A DNA stretch of 64,000 nucleotides from Raillietiella orientalis (lineage: Eukaryota), in assembly GCA_036172245.1 (NCBI GenBank), contig JAYWIR010000023.1:1054001-1118000 (forward strand), read 5' to 3'. Every line of letters starts with the position of its first letter. Position 1 is the first letter of the stretch. Shown here piece by piece: positions 27,063 to 39,479 of the stretch. The position numbers were made by a program, and so were the translations under genes. The notes beneath the pieces were generated by a model. It was not told where the DNA came from and ran no database searches. It saw nothing but the letters and a program-made list of their open reading frames with translations.

Positions 27063-27356
27063 CATTTGTGGAATCTCATCCATCCTAAGAGCTATTAACT
27101 TTACTACCACCATCATCAACATACACCCCTCAAATATCTCTCTCCCCCAAATACCCCTCCTCCCGTGATCAATCCTCGTTACCAAAGTTCTATTAATCCC
27201 CATCCTTCTCCATACTACTCCTCAGTATCTTACACTCAAAAGGACCAAGAGCAGGCTGAACCTTATATCCTCCCCTTACTAGAACCCCCTTTAGACCGTC
27301 CATAAGAATCGATCTAGCCTTTTTCTCTCATTCCTGCTGGGGGGTCTGGAGACCCA
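27063..27356 (+). pseudogene. cox1: NUMT: fragment of mitochondrial cytochrome c oxidase subunit I
   Basis: From 27,070, the invertebrate mitochondrial code gives [43 protein letters not shown], with TGA at 27,166 at the conserved Trp position. After frameshifts come DR... and PAGGSGDP (cf. FFDPxGGGDP). The strand is C-rich and G-poor, unlike its flanks. Confidence 0.85.
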
Positions 27357-27466
27357 CGACGCGCCCATTCTCGGCGTCGATCCTTCACGAAGGGAAGGAG
27401 AGAGGCGGGGGGGGGGGGGAAGAAGAGATTCGAACCCGCGCCGCCAGATGCCGCAGCGACACGGTC
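27351..27466 (-). mobile_element. tRNA-derived SINE-like head, copy A
   Basis: The minus strand reads gaccgtgtcgctgcgg...gcgggttcgaatctc (A-box-like, then B-box). It shares the exact 20-mer ctcggcgtcgatccttcacg with 51,661-51,680. Confidence 0.5.
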
Positions 27467-29394
27467 GCCAACGCGGGCATGTCACTGATTTGGTTTTTCA
27501 ACGGTGGAGTAATGTGATTATCGACAGAACAGGTCATCATCGCGGACGTGCACAGAATGGTCCAATGAAAGTCCAATTTCTTTCGGCAGCTTGCCTTAAA
27601 GAGTTTGGCTCTCTGAAAAAATTTCCGCAAAAGGCGGCGAGCGTCACGTTGACAGTTATGTCGTGATGGTGATCACGCGTGCGAACCTGGGTGCGAAGCT
27701 TCAATCCCTGGTGGAAGCATGAGAATGGCGAGAAGCATCCTTAAATGTAGTATGTGGTTTGTACGAGGAGGACAGAGAAGGTGCCGAGAGAAGGAAAACG
27801 AGGCATTCCTGCCTGAAATTTCGTGTGCCGTCTCAGCTCGATAGATCATGGATTTCCATTTTGCCACAGATGTGTGGAGACGGAAAGCGAGCTCTGCTCA
27901 TGCGCGGGCTGAAGGTGAAAGAGGACCCTTCTAGATGCGCGGTGACAAAAAGCGATTCTCCAAGAGGGTTGAAAGCAGAAGAGGCACAGTCACGAAGAAC
28001 GGTCGTTGATGCTAGAAGCAAGTCAATTTCCGGAGTCGGAGATGAACTCGGACGTTCTTCATCATAAAGCACCATCATCAAGGAACACTTCATAGACCTT
28101 TTTAGCCCACGTAATGCCATCCCCCAGTGCGCACCTTCGAGCATTTCTCGTCACCCACGTCCACATGATGTCACGGCCAGCGTCTTGATTCGGCCCACCG
28201 GGATGACTGAATGAGAGACGCGACTACCGTGCCTTGTGGAAGGCGCAACGGAGACACAGATTCAAGCAACTAATTGTTCCACACATTAAATAATTATCGG
28301 CTGGCTTCAAGGTCCGACCGAAGGCTCAAAGACTCTCCATCCCGACGAAATTTTTTGGAATTGCCCTTTGGAGAGTGCACTGCGCTCATGATGAAGAGCT
28401 AATATAATTAAAAGAGAGGTGTTTCACGCAGAGAGAGCAGAGTCACTGCTAATTCGGTGGTGCTACGAAATTATCGTGGTTGGCAATAGGGGTCGCTTGG
28501 AAGACAACTCTCTGATTAAGCCAACCTTTTTTTACGAGCTAAAATTCTCTGGCGTGAGCAACGTGCAGGAAGGAGGGAATGGAGGGAAGGAACCAATGTC
28601 GTTTCGGGCGAGACTACATTGGTCCTCCTACTGCCTTTGGAAGTCGCAGGGATCCACACTGATGTTCATCACGCCACTTCTGGAGAGGAATCTTCGCTAG
28701 GATAGGTCACTTTCCCTGCTTGTGCGGAAGGAGGCGGGAGCAGTAGGTTTCGAGGCAGGTTGAGTCGGGGCGCAGAGAGCAGGAGGGAGAGAAACGGGGA
28801 TGCGCTTGCGTCCCGGCTTCCGGGAAGATGCCGTGCTGGAACGCGTATCCAGCCAGTCCAGAATGCCTTATTCCGCGATAAGCATTCCGTGTGTTCCCAT
28901 GACAACCACGGGGCCCCTTGCTGCAGCTGCCCGAAGAGAAAAGTGCTACCCGGACGGAAAAAAACTTCCAAAAATGCTTCTCTGCGCATCAGCGAGCTAC
29001 ATAAAAGCCAGCACTACTAAGGACGATTCGGGTTGCGTTCCTCTGCGTTGTTTGCCGTCTGAAAAGCAGAACCAACAGTGCGGCCAGCAGCAGCCGTCTG
29101 CGAAGTCGGGTCCCGCACATCAGAAACGGCCGCTCGATGTAAACAGTGAAGGCTCGAGGTTACGCTTTCTCCTAACGGTTTTGTTGACAGACACACTGGC
29201 TGCTATGCTAATCAGTGGGCTCGCTTTAAACACACATACCGTCCCTACGTCCGACTACGTCTGAGATCTGGGAGTTGCAGCTCTGCTAGGTCCGGTGACT
29301 TTGAGACGAAGAGAGGCACAACCGCGAACACCGCCATGGACAACAGAGATCATGCTCAATGTTTGAATTTTTCTTTTTCTTTCTCTCTCTCCCT

Positions 29395-29680
29395 TATTTT
29401 TTTATTTACAAAGGCAGCCTTCACGGGCTGCCTCTAGGAGAACAATCGCGAAGACTCATCCCGCTATCTCTCCTTGTATGCGGAGATCAATAGGAGTCGA
29501 GAAGCTGGAGCTGATTGTTCGATCGGCACCTAATGCTTCCATGCGGTTTGTACAGAACCTTCTGTTGGTCGTCAGAGTCTCATCGCTTTAAGCATGTCAG
29601 CGTACTCTCACGCGCCTGTGGCAACAACAGCGTGCGTAAGATGTTTACACGATACGCTCATGAAGGTTTGCACATGTGAG
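29395..29680 (-). mobile_element. 3' end of an RLE-type non-LTR element
   Basis: HAVVATGA* (VVGAxGxW-like) and EGSVQTAWKH, then a terminal hairpin aggcagcc-cgtgaa-ggctgcct followed by ttgtaaataaaaaaataa. Confidence 0.4.
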
Positions 29681-29899
29681 AAGTGTCTTTCAATGTAACA
29701 GTTGCAACAATCGACGCAGAAGTTGAGGCACAGCGTAGCAGACCTCTCTTCATGGATCTCAGTTCTGTGTACAGCTTAAATGCAGTGTTCATAAGGAACA
29801 AGTGCATAGCAAACGTTGAATCCAAATGTACTCAAATTTTTGGAGGGCACTTTCAAGAATGTTCTAAAGTGTGCAAATCACATTATACTGAATGTCAAA

Positions 29900-30726
29900 C
29901 TTTCTGGACAAGTGGTGAGCAGCCTTTTTATCATCAGTTCCTAGACATTGTTCTGGCAGATGAACGTGCTTGCTTGCTTGCAGACTTTCCAAGGCACATC
30001 AGGCAGCGAGCACGGTCGACTTCAACTGACTTGCAGCGAGATGCCACCTTCGAGCCGACTCACGCATGCCGAAATCATCTGAAGATTTTGTTGAGTCTAC
30101 AGAATGAACGTGACTCAGTGACGCATGGCCATCCAGGATGGCGTTAGATGCAGTGCAGGCGGTCTCTTTGACAAATACAGCTGCTCGGAACCGCGCTGCA
30201 GCATTTTCGAACGGACGGCACACACGTCGAAGACGCTGATCCGATTTTCTTGACGCGACACCAGACCTGGCTTCAGGGTCAGCTGAACCCCCGGAATCGG
30301 CTGATCACGGAGTACCGTTTCTCTTTTTCTATGGATTGCCTCCATGGTGGGGGCTCCAGGAATCGTCACCGCGTCTCCTGCAGTGCAGACGAGAACACCG
30401 GATGCAGTGGTTGAGTATATGCGGCATCCCGAACGAGGCATCTTCTCCTATTTCTTCATGGACAGGAGACCAAGGCGAGATGAGTGGCAACAGGGATGAC
30501 TCGAAGAAGTAAGAAGTTCGGAATTGTCCAAACGTTCGACCCGGTCCGACTCAAGAGGTGGTCCTGCCTGGTGGTTTTCTCGAAAATGCCATTCATGCTT
30601 ACATCGGGACGACGAGACGTCACAAGATGTGAGCTTTCGTCGCATGCTTCTTCCGGCCGCCAATAGCAGCTCCGGGAGGTGCAACATGCAAGAAGGCAAG
30701 AGGACGCCTCCCTTCCAGCAGACCCA
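29900..30726 (-). mobile_element. 5'-truncated Utopia/NeSL-like RLE retrotransposon abutting the duplicated U2-upstream segment
   Basis: In order: MPHILNHC (CCHC knuckle), RRR (RH site), VLRDQPIPGVQLTLKPGLVSRQENRISVFDV (NQxIPG..LRPD..IxDV), PFENAAARFRAAVFVKE (PFEN..AF..A..K..KY), VGS..W. Frameshifted. Confidence 0.75.
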
Positions 30727-30741
30727 GATGCTTGTCGCAGC

Positions 30742-31815
30742 CATCATCTCGCCGTGAGGATTTTCATACTCGCTGCATCATCTTGCACGGTCAAAATGGC
30801 GCACCCAGTTGTCAGGTGAGTTCGAGATTCATTCACGAACCGCCAATGCAAGAGCGGATGATCGCTTGCAGAGCCCCTCGATTCCTCGCTGCGTAACCAT
30901 GGTACAGTTTCAGTTTGGGGTTCTTCGTCGGCAGCAACACAGCCAGCAACAGCCGATCTCCAAACGCCAGGGGACTCGTTGCTGACGCCTGTCTTCACAC
31001 GGCAGTGAGAGAGAGAATGAGATTTCCGGTGGCTCAGCTGAGCACCAGCTGGCATCGCAACGAATTCCATCGATCCACCGATTCGAGCGGCGTCGGGCAA
31101 CGTGCCTGTCGCAGAGGGCCGCGTATTCCGCCCCGGGAACGCGCGGCCGGACGCGGTCCGTTCAAGAAATGCGCCGCAATGCGTGCGTCGGTCTCTTCCT
31201 TCTTCGCGCGGCTTCATAGCGACGCCATCTTTCTCGAGTACCGGGCGCGGGCTCGAAGCCAGGTACTCGAGAAAGATGTTCGGTCGCCTGGATTCGCACC
31301 GAGGGTCGCGAATCCAGGCGACCGAAGAAGCCACTCCTTTCCTTAAGCAACAACGAGCGGAGCGCTCGCTCGCAGTCGGGAAGCCCTCGGTGCGAGACCA
31401 CAGCAATCCGCCGTTTCCAGCTCCACCTGCACGGCTTTGCGACCCGTGGCCAGAGGAGGAAGAGAGGCCTCGCCACGCGCGCTGCCTTTCGCGCGGCGTT
31501 CGACTGCCGCCGGTCAGCTTGCCCGACGCGCCGAATGGTTTTCGTTCGCGGTGCGCGAATGGGGGGGGAGGGGAAATGGTTTGCGCGCAGGAAACCGCAG
31601 GGAAGGAGACAACGAAGGGGAGAGGTCCACGACGACGGCTTCTTCCACGTGGCCGTCCGCGGTCAGCTTGAAACTCGCTCATGGCGTGCGGAGGTGGCAG
31701 GCGCGCGGAAGCGACTCGGGATGAATTTTCGCTGTGAAGCCGGAGGCGCTAGAGGTGCTGGATTCACGGGAGCGAGTGTGTCCTAACAGAGGGGTCAGCA
31801 CCGATCAAAGCCTCG
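30742..31815 (-). repeat. 1,074-bp inverted duplicate, copy 1 (U2-upstream segment)
   Basis: Reverse complement of 59,319-60,392. All overlapping ORF translations in the track are identical between the copies. A near-match extends to 30,727. Confidence 0.97.
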
Positions 31816-33049
31816 CGGGCCTCGCAAATTGAAACTAACGGACTGCCCGAGTCTGGTCGAAACTGATTGTACTGAACGCAACCGAGGCTCCTGTGTCGTG
31901 TCGAGGGTAGAAATTTCATCTGTCCTTACGACTCTGAAGGAGTACCGCTTTCCGAAAGAGGAGATCAGCAGCAGAGAAGGTGTCGACCCTCAGATGCTGC
32001 TCGAGAAAGAGTCGCCATTCAGTTCTTCATGCCCGGAAGCTGACCATTTCCGGGTAGAGCCAGCCGCTGGGGCTCGGCTCAGTTTCCAAGACGCGGATGG
32101 CGAATGTTCAGAAGGTGAGCGGGGGGAGGGGGCGAGTTTTCCACCACGCCCTGCACGGTGAGGTGCGCCACATTCTGCAAGCCACCACCACTGCATTTGT
32201 TATTGAATCGGGAAGATTTTTTTCAACGAAAAGCAGACATGTGAGCGGCTAAGAAACGAGGCCCACAGACGCAGTGAGGATTTCTTCACCTTCACCCTGA
32301 GCACGTGAACCAGCTGCTCGACGAGTGAGGGTGGTCCATTCTGACGAGTCAGCGCATCTCGCGTGCGTCATGCGCAGAAGAGGAAGGTGACATGGATTCG
32401 GAGAAGGCGCAATTCCTTCACTAGCCGTAAGCCGCTTGCGCAACTTTCGGAGTATGCGGAATGCCAACCGGCTTTGGTTGCTGAGCGCGCATCTTTGTCG
32501 AGGTGGAACGCTTTTTTCCAATTCGGCGACCCTCGACGTCCGTGAGAGCGCTCTCGCCTTTGCCGCTGTACTCATTCTCTCCGGATCTCATCGCCCAGGG
32601 TAGGAACCCCCACGGCCATCAGACAAATGGCGCTCAAGGAATCGTAAGGGCGTTTATTGAGGATCAACAGACTTGCAAAAATCAGCAGCAGGACCCGACA
32701 TCCCACCAAAGCCACGTTCTCCTGGAAACGTGCCGAGATGACGGCATGCAGGCCGGCGAGGCGCGCCTCGGCAACGGAGGGGAGGGAAACAAACGAAAAG
32801 AAAGCAAAACGAGGATAAATGAATGGATACAAATAGGTGTTCTGGGGGGGGGAGAGGGAGTTCGGCAAGGGATTGCAGTCTTTTGCGAGGCCCTTTGCAT
32901 CCTCTGGAGGATTCCGGAAAGGTTCATTTGAATATCTCATTGTGATCCTCAAGAAGCGAATCACAAAGCGGATGTCCTCCCCTATCTTTCTGGCTTCCTT
33001 CGGCGGCGCTCCTGGATGCCGCAATCCCGCGATGGCAGCAGACAGCTGC

Positions 33050-34000
33050 TGGCGGCGCGGCTGGCGGCAGTGCATCTCTCACGAAGACTTGCTTCAAAAA
33101 ACGTCTCTGGAGTTGCCCCCGGGGATCAGGAGGGCCGTGGCAAAACGTTCCCAGACGGGCTGTGGGCAACACAGTCCACGAGCAGGTGCGGAGAAGACCC
33201 GATTTTCTGGCACAGTTAGGGCGTAAGCTGACCCTGGACCAACGATGCCAGCTGGGCGTTGTATGGGATACCTCAGCACAACATCAGTAAGTGCTCGGCT
33301 CCTTCCACTTTAGGGAAGGGTGGATATGTGCCTCAAGACCGCGGGCGGCCCCGGACCTTCTGAAGCTTGGACCGGCGGAGCAGTCCTTTGGGTGGGACGC
33401 CGGGAGTTGCAGCGTCGGCTTGCTCTCCTGTGTCCCAGCCATCGATGGGTCTGGTTCTTCGCTCGATGCTGCATCCCATCCCATGCTGCATCCTTCCTAG
33501 AGGTGTGCCACCTTCTGGGGCTTCCTCTGAGAACAACAACGCTGCTGCTGCAAGGGAGAGGGAAGGGGTTCTCGAAGCCTTCGCGGACTTCACTGGACTT
33601 CTCGGCATCTCCTGTGACGTGCAACGAGCGTTCTCGGAGCATCGCGGACCTACGACGTTAATCCTTCTCCGCGTCAGGACCGTTTTCCGAAAGAAGTCCT
33701 TCCAAGGGAATCGTGAGGTCGAGCGAGCCGCCTGCATTTCCTTGCACCGGACTTCCTGGAGCTTGCCAGTCTTCCCACGCGCGAAGGGAGAGAAGAACAA
33801 GCCTCCGTCTCCATTCTGCCTAGCTTCTGGGACTGCCTTCCTGTCGAGACAGGGAGAGGGAGGGATGTCTGCGGAGGCTTGGAAGGTGCGCGTGCCCTTT
33901 TCAGCAGGATCGCGACCGCCCAAGACTACTCCGCACCGAGGCCTCTCCTTCGAAGCTTCCTCAAAGAGATCTCGACACGCGATCCGGAGGACCCGTCCAG
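33050..34000 (-). mobile_element. Degenerate Utopia/NeSL-like C-terminal region (CCHC + RLE)
   Basis: RFPWKDFF...RRRINVVGP (RFxDWRF..RARLN), knuckle remnant, KNQT...KPTL (NQ..RPD), and RGLCCPQPV. Nucleotide similarity to 50,930-51,060. Confidence 0.5.
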
Positions 34001-34259
34001 GCACGTGATTTGTACCCGATCACGTTGGGAAGTTCATCTAAAAAACAAACCACAAGTCAGAGGGGAATGGCGTACCCTAATACAAGAAATGTCCCCTTCC
34101 CTCTCCAAAAAAAAGAAAAAGATCGTTGGCGATGACCACCGGCACGCAGACTGGCTTCTAAGGAAGTGGGGAACGGAAAAAGAAGATAAATAAACGAAAA
34201 ATATGGGAAGGTAGGGAGAAAATTCTTTCTTTGGTTTTAATCGTTCCTTTCTTCCTACA

Positions 34260-35900
34260 AGAGGCTGTGGTTGGTGGCGATCTCCTTGACGACTTCTTGT
34301 AGGTGAGGCCACCGTGATACCGTCTTCATCAAGGCGGCTGTCATGCTGGTGACCCCCCTTCGTTGCGAATGAAACTCCAACACACGGCGTCAGCATGGCA
34401 CGGATGCAACGTCTCGTTGTGATCACGTCTTCGGTCCGCCTCGCGTGGAGGAGCGCCGCATCGATTCCGAAGGGGTGCACTCCGGTTGACGGAGCACCGA
34501 AGGAAGTCTCCGCCACATGTCCTGCAGGGTGCTGCAGTCCAACAGGAGGTGTGGGAACGATTCCATCGCCCCGCACCTGGAACGATTCGGAGAGGCGACT
34601 CCCCCGGAACCAGGTGCCTGCACTGGTTGCATCGGAGTCCCCAGTGCACACACAGCAGAGCATCCCGTTTCCAGCAGAGCCGGAACACGGAGATGTCCGC
34701 AAGCAAAAAAGGGAGTGCGAATTCTTCAGAAGGGGAGCACATCGAGTAGGTTTCTCCGCCGAAGGAGTCCCTTCTCCCGGGAACGAGGAGTGGCGGCGTC
34801 CACCAATTCGCTCGCCTTGCAGCCGTCAGGGACTTTCTCGGTTCCTGCAACGTTTCACTCTCCACGCCGGTTGGCTGCTGTCATTCATTGCTTGCCCTGG
34901 CCGTACTGCAGCAAGGGTTGCGACGGTACCCGGCACGATGGTGGCCGATGACTGAGAAGCAAACGCGGCATCTGTGAAGAAAACCCGAGAAGCGGGCGGG
35001 TCGGTTGCGAGAGCGTGGCGTCGTTGCCACCACGTAACCGAGTCTACGGGAAGGCTCTCGGGTTCCCGCCGAGGCGGATCGCTATCCTCCGACAAGAACG
35101 CCAGCGGATTCCACTTGCCGCCCTGAAAACTCCGAATGCTAGGCGGCTGGAGGCCAGCAGTCACGCAGATGAGTACCACACCGACGTAAAAAGTTGATGC
35201 GCAACCAGGGAGAGATCGGAGGAGACCCTGACCGTTCCTCGGAAACGCTGCGTCCAGTTCTGCAGGAGATCTCCCAGAGGCTTGCACAGGGGCTTACGCA
35301 GCGGCTCCATTGGGCTCCACTGGGCTCAATTCTAAAGTGGCAACTCAAGACTCCAGCGTCTCCTGCAATTAGGTGTTCCAGTTTTGGGGGAGGCATGAGA
35401 TCCCGTGGGACGAGCTACCAGAGGTGAGGGCAGATGCTTCGAGGGATAGCCAAATGTAATTGCTTTATGCTGGCTGTGCGGCAGCAGGGAAAGAAGTTCC
35501 GTGCTTCGCGCGCATCGCCGGAGGATGTGGCGTGCCAGAGTACACCGGTGACACGTCCACAACTTGCCACAGAGGGTCAGAAGTCCGAACTGCATCTGCA
35601 GCCCGACCTTGTGGACGGTCGGGGATGCCCAATCCGGCAGCCAGGCACACGAGAGGGATCCGCGAGGGCAGATTCGTCCGGCAGGCTCGGTATTAGTAAG
35701 GCGGAGGGGTGGATCTCTCCCACAGCCATCCGGTCCTCGTCTCTTGCATTTCGTCGAGGCTGGGCAGACAAGCGGACAGAGGGTCCCGGCCGCTTCGAGC
35801 GAGTCGCCTGGCCGGCGGACGCTCGCCACCGGTGCCGAAGGGAGCCAAAGGGCGGGGAGAAGAAAGGAGGCGAAAACCGGTCAGGGAAGGACCCCGCCTC
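34260..35900 (+). mobile_element. Degenerate R4/Dong-like RLE non-LTR retrotransposon (RT end, CCHC, RLE)
   Basis: DLLDDFL (YMDDLKL-like); DVRKQKR...GAHRVGFSAEGVPSP (LDRKTRK..H..ERLYLPR); SETLRPVLQEISQRLAQGLTQRLH (ET..HI..C..LA..Y..RH); TRPQLAT...VDG (RPD..D). Confidence 0.55.
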
Positions 35901-38900
35901 CAGGCTTTTGCAGCCCAGGACACTTCCTGCTGCTCCGGCTCGTTGCTTCGGGAGCACCGTGGCCTTCCCAGAGTCGGGGGAATTTTTCACGTCCCGCTCC
36001 TGCGTTTCGCCTCGCCTCACCTTCCTCCATGTTGTGTGTGTGGAAAATTACGGGACAGGAACGACGACAACAACAGCAGTAGATGACTCTTCATTTGTGA
36101 AGAACCGAGTGTGAAGCCCGTGTTCCACCTCTTCAATCGAGGCGGCTCCACAACCTACAAGAGGCGAATCGCTCCCGCAGCGAAATAATTGATTGAAAGA
36201 ATTAACTGAGAGGCCGGATGGATGTTCTTCGAGAGAAACCGATCCTTTTTTTCTCTCTCGCTCGGTTTCCAAGGTGATGGGGAGGGAATCGAGCGGCTGC
36301 GTGCAAAAATGAGAGAGCGGCCTCGCACCCTTCCACACATTCCAGATGAGGAACCCCTTCGTCTCCTGAGACGACTCCGCGCTCCGCGGGTTCCCACGTT
36401 CTTCGTTCGGTTCCAAGCACGCGGAGGGACAGGGGCCGCACGCGGGGTCAGTTCCGCGCTCGGCCTCGCGACTCTCCCTTGCTGTGCGCGCGGCCGTTCT
36501 AGGGAGTAGTCCCCTTCGCAGCTCATTCCGCCGCCGCCTCTCGACGCTCCTCTGCCCGTGGGCAGTATCGCGTGCGGAGGACGCGTGCCCTCCTACCAGG
36601 AGTGTGGGCTGGAGGAGGGCATTCGGGTTGAACAGGAGGTGCATGTGATGGCGGGAGGGAGAATGGGCGTAAGGGATGGGGAGGCGTTCCCGAGCACCCT
36701 GCCAGCGTGAAGCGCCCGAATCCCAGCGAGCGGACCTCCGCTCATGTGAGCCAAAGTCAGTCCCCCCGCGCCCCAGGGAGGACCTGTTCCGTGTCCTCGA
36801 GTGCGGAGGCAGCCGAGAATGAGAATGTGCTTCTGGGAATCGGTCTGAGGATAAGAGCGACTTCCTGTCTTCGTAGCGATGGGAGGAGGGATGGAGACTT
36901 TTCTGCCTCGAGGGTGCGGAAGAGGTCAGCAAGGAAGGAGCACTCGCATCCGGAGCTTCGGGAAGGTGCCGCTGGACAGGGGGTAGGCAGCTGAACGCAG
37001 CTCCTCTCATTCCCTTCATGCGGACAGCGAGCGGAAGGGGTTCGGTCCACCTATAACTTCGAGGCTGGGGGTCGTTCCTCTTCCGGCCAAGAGGGTTGCT
37101 TCGACGCTCCTGAAGATATGGAGGCGCTTCCCGTTCGGCGTCCGCGCGATCCTGGGCTGTGGGCTCGCCGGCGCTCGTTCGGCGGTGAACTCTAAGGACG
37201 GGCAGCCTTCCTCCTATTCCGGAAGAGAGGAAGGCTGGGATGCTCTTGAACGCTGGGACCTGGAACGGCACAGAGCGATCTCTGCCCCTGGCACGCCGCG
37301 CCGGGAGGCCTCCGCGAAGCAAAGGGACTTTCGAAGAGCGCACGGAAGAAGATCCTCTCCTCATCTTGCCCATCGCCTACTGAGATCATCCTCCGGTCAT
37401 TGTTTTTTCTTTTGTCTCCTCGGTCCACGGATCCGTGTAGTCCTCTTCGCAGACATCTCTGCCGCGGCGACGCCTCCGACGTCTCATCAGGCATGGGGGG
37501 AATGGAGATCCCTCTCTCGGCCCGTGTGTGCAGCAAGTGGCCCCAATACGTAATGATTCATTGCGCCGCGAAGGCACGTGCGTGCGCGCAACCGCGCGGG
37601 GCATGAGCCTAGAGGTGAGCGCCGAAAGGCGCCTTGTCAATTAGAGGGGGATGCGGCGGGAAACGCTCCGCAGCCCACTGGTTTCCTCAGGAACATCTTC
37701 GCCGTCTAGAGCCCCGAGATCCGCTGCTGCGAGCCGATCGCTCCGTCTCGCGGCCTTTCGGGCGGCAGAGGAGGCGGCTCGCGCCCGTCACGATCGCATG
37801 CAGCTCTGACCGCACGATTCCGGCGCCCGGTTCATCATCATCATAATGATGGTTGCGTTTACCTCTCTTTCTCTCTCTCTCTCTCCCCGTTCGGTCCCGG
37901 GGCGTCGAGAATGGCGGACCCCGTTGGTGACAGAGCGGTCCATCGAGGCTGAGCGCGCGGCCCGGCGCCGCGCGCTCGAGAGCACCTCTCGGGATGGGAA
38001 ACAAGCGCTCCGCTCCCTGAGGTCGGCTGGCGTTCCTCGCGTCGCCTTGCGGGTCTCCTCCTCCGCCCCGGTTCCTCCAGGCGTCCCTGCCCCTCTCCCT
38101 GCTTTTCTCTCCCTCGTACTGCCTCTCCTCAGCCCGCTGCAGCCGCGGGAGCGTCTCGAATGTTGGATGCCGGAGCGGCGGCGGGCCTCATGCGAAGGGG
38201 AGCGAGCAGCCACCACGTACCGGCGGTGCGTCCCTGATCTATCCGGGGAATGCACGGCGGCACTTTTTTTGCAGGACGCCCGCGGAGACGGGTCCTCGCG
38301 AGGTGGCCACACAAGCGGGCAGGCAGAAGACGAACCGCCTGACCACCCTTTCTCTCCTTCCTAGGGTCATCCGGATTCGTCGCCCTCTCTCCCTCGTGGG
38401 GAAGGCAGACAACTGCCGGTGTCTCCACCGCACGCGGAGCGATGCAACAGAAACGCACAACGGGCGAAATCGGGAGCTGCGAATCACCCCATTCTTTTAT
38501 CCCTCTTTGCTTCATCCGCAAGCGCACTTGTGAGAGGCACCGCGGTGAGGCGAGGGGTGCCACCATGCACAAGGGAGCAGCAGTGACGAAATGGGAACCT
38601 TCCTCCCCCCTCATGACGTTTCCAAGGTTTCTCCTTCCTCCTGCATCCCAGAGCGGAAGGCGAAAAAGGAAATGAACGCGGCAGCTTTCCTTTTGAACGG
38701 GGCTGCAAACCGCGTCAGGCGAACTGCATCGGAAGACGGTCCGGAGCGATCAAAGAGATCGCGCGTTTTATCACCACGCAACGGCAGCACCTCCTCCCTC
38801 CTCTTTGCTCACCTGTCCGGACAACCCGCAAAAAGAGGAGGAGGGAGAGAGGAAGAGTTGCCGTTCCTTCTCTTCTTCCTTACTTTCGATTTTCGGCTCC

Positions 38901-39479
38901 TTCGAGACTCTCGGAGCGGCCGCGTTGCCTCCATGTTTCAGAAGTCACGGAGGAGGACGCGCTCCTGCCGCGAAGTGTCCCTCCGATGTCGCCTTCTCCC
39001 GGGATCGCCTGTCGGCCGCTCCGCTATCAAGGCAATCGCGCTGCGGGTGAGCGAGGGATCCGAGAGAGGCGGCAGTGCTTCTTGCGACGCGATCGCGGAG
39101 CGGATCTTTCGACAGGGAATTCCTCGGTTCTCGCCGAGCTGTCCTCTCCCTTTCCCCCCGTCTCGCCTTCCTGCCCGGGCTTGAAAGGTCCCGAGAGCCA
39201 GGCGTGGCCTCGGAGATCCGGCCAAAGGGCGACTGCGGCTGCGGACCGTGGGTGTTGCCAACGAAACCCACATCCGAGGCTTTGGCGAGGGAGCAAAGCT
39301 GTCGCCTGAGGCGAGGTCAGCTAGGGGCGACCGAAGACTTCGCTCGCATCTTCGCTCCGGCGCCCGACGCGCGGATGCTGCTGCTGCCGCTCCGGCATAC
39401 GGCGGGCGCTTTCCATCGTCGAAGGGTCGGACGCGAGAGATGCTAGAGAGAGGGTGCAGGGGATGAAGGAAAAGTCCTC

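Noticed and set aside
31241..31250. ccgggcgcgg resembling the SRP RNA 5' end
   Set aside because: Only a 10-mer. No Alu-domain continuation or convincing helix-8 motif at the right spacing.
30744..31682. 312-aa ORF (and its twin at 59,452-60,390) as a protein-coding gene
   Set aside because: R/S/G/P-rich with no domain. Long ORFs overlap in several frames, as expected from GC-rich, stop-poor DNA.
36048..37373. 441-aa ORF, longest in the window
   Set aside because: Low-complexity composition. Only its last part carries Tx1-like C-terminal motifs, so it is explained by the decayed element.
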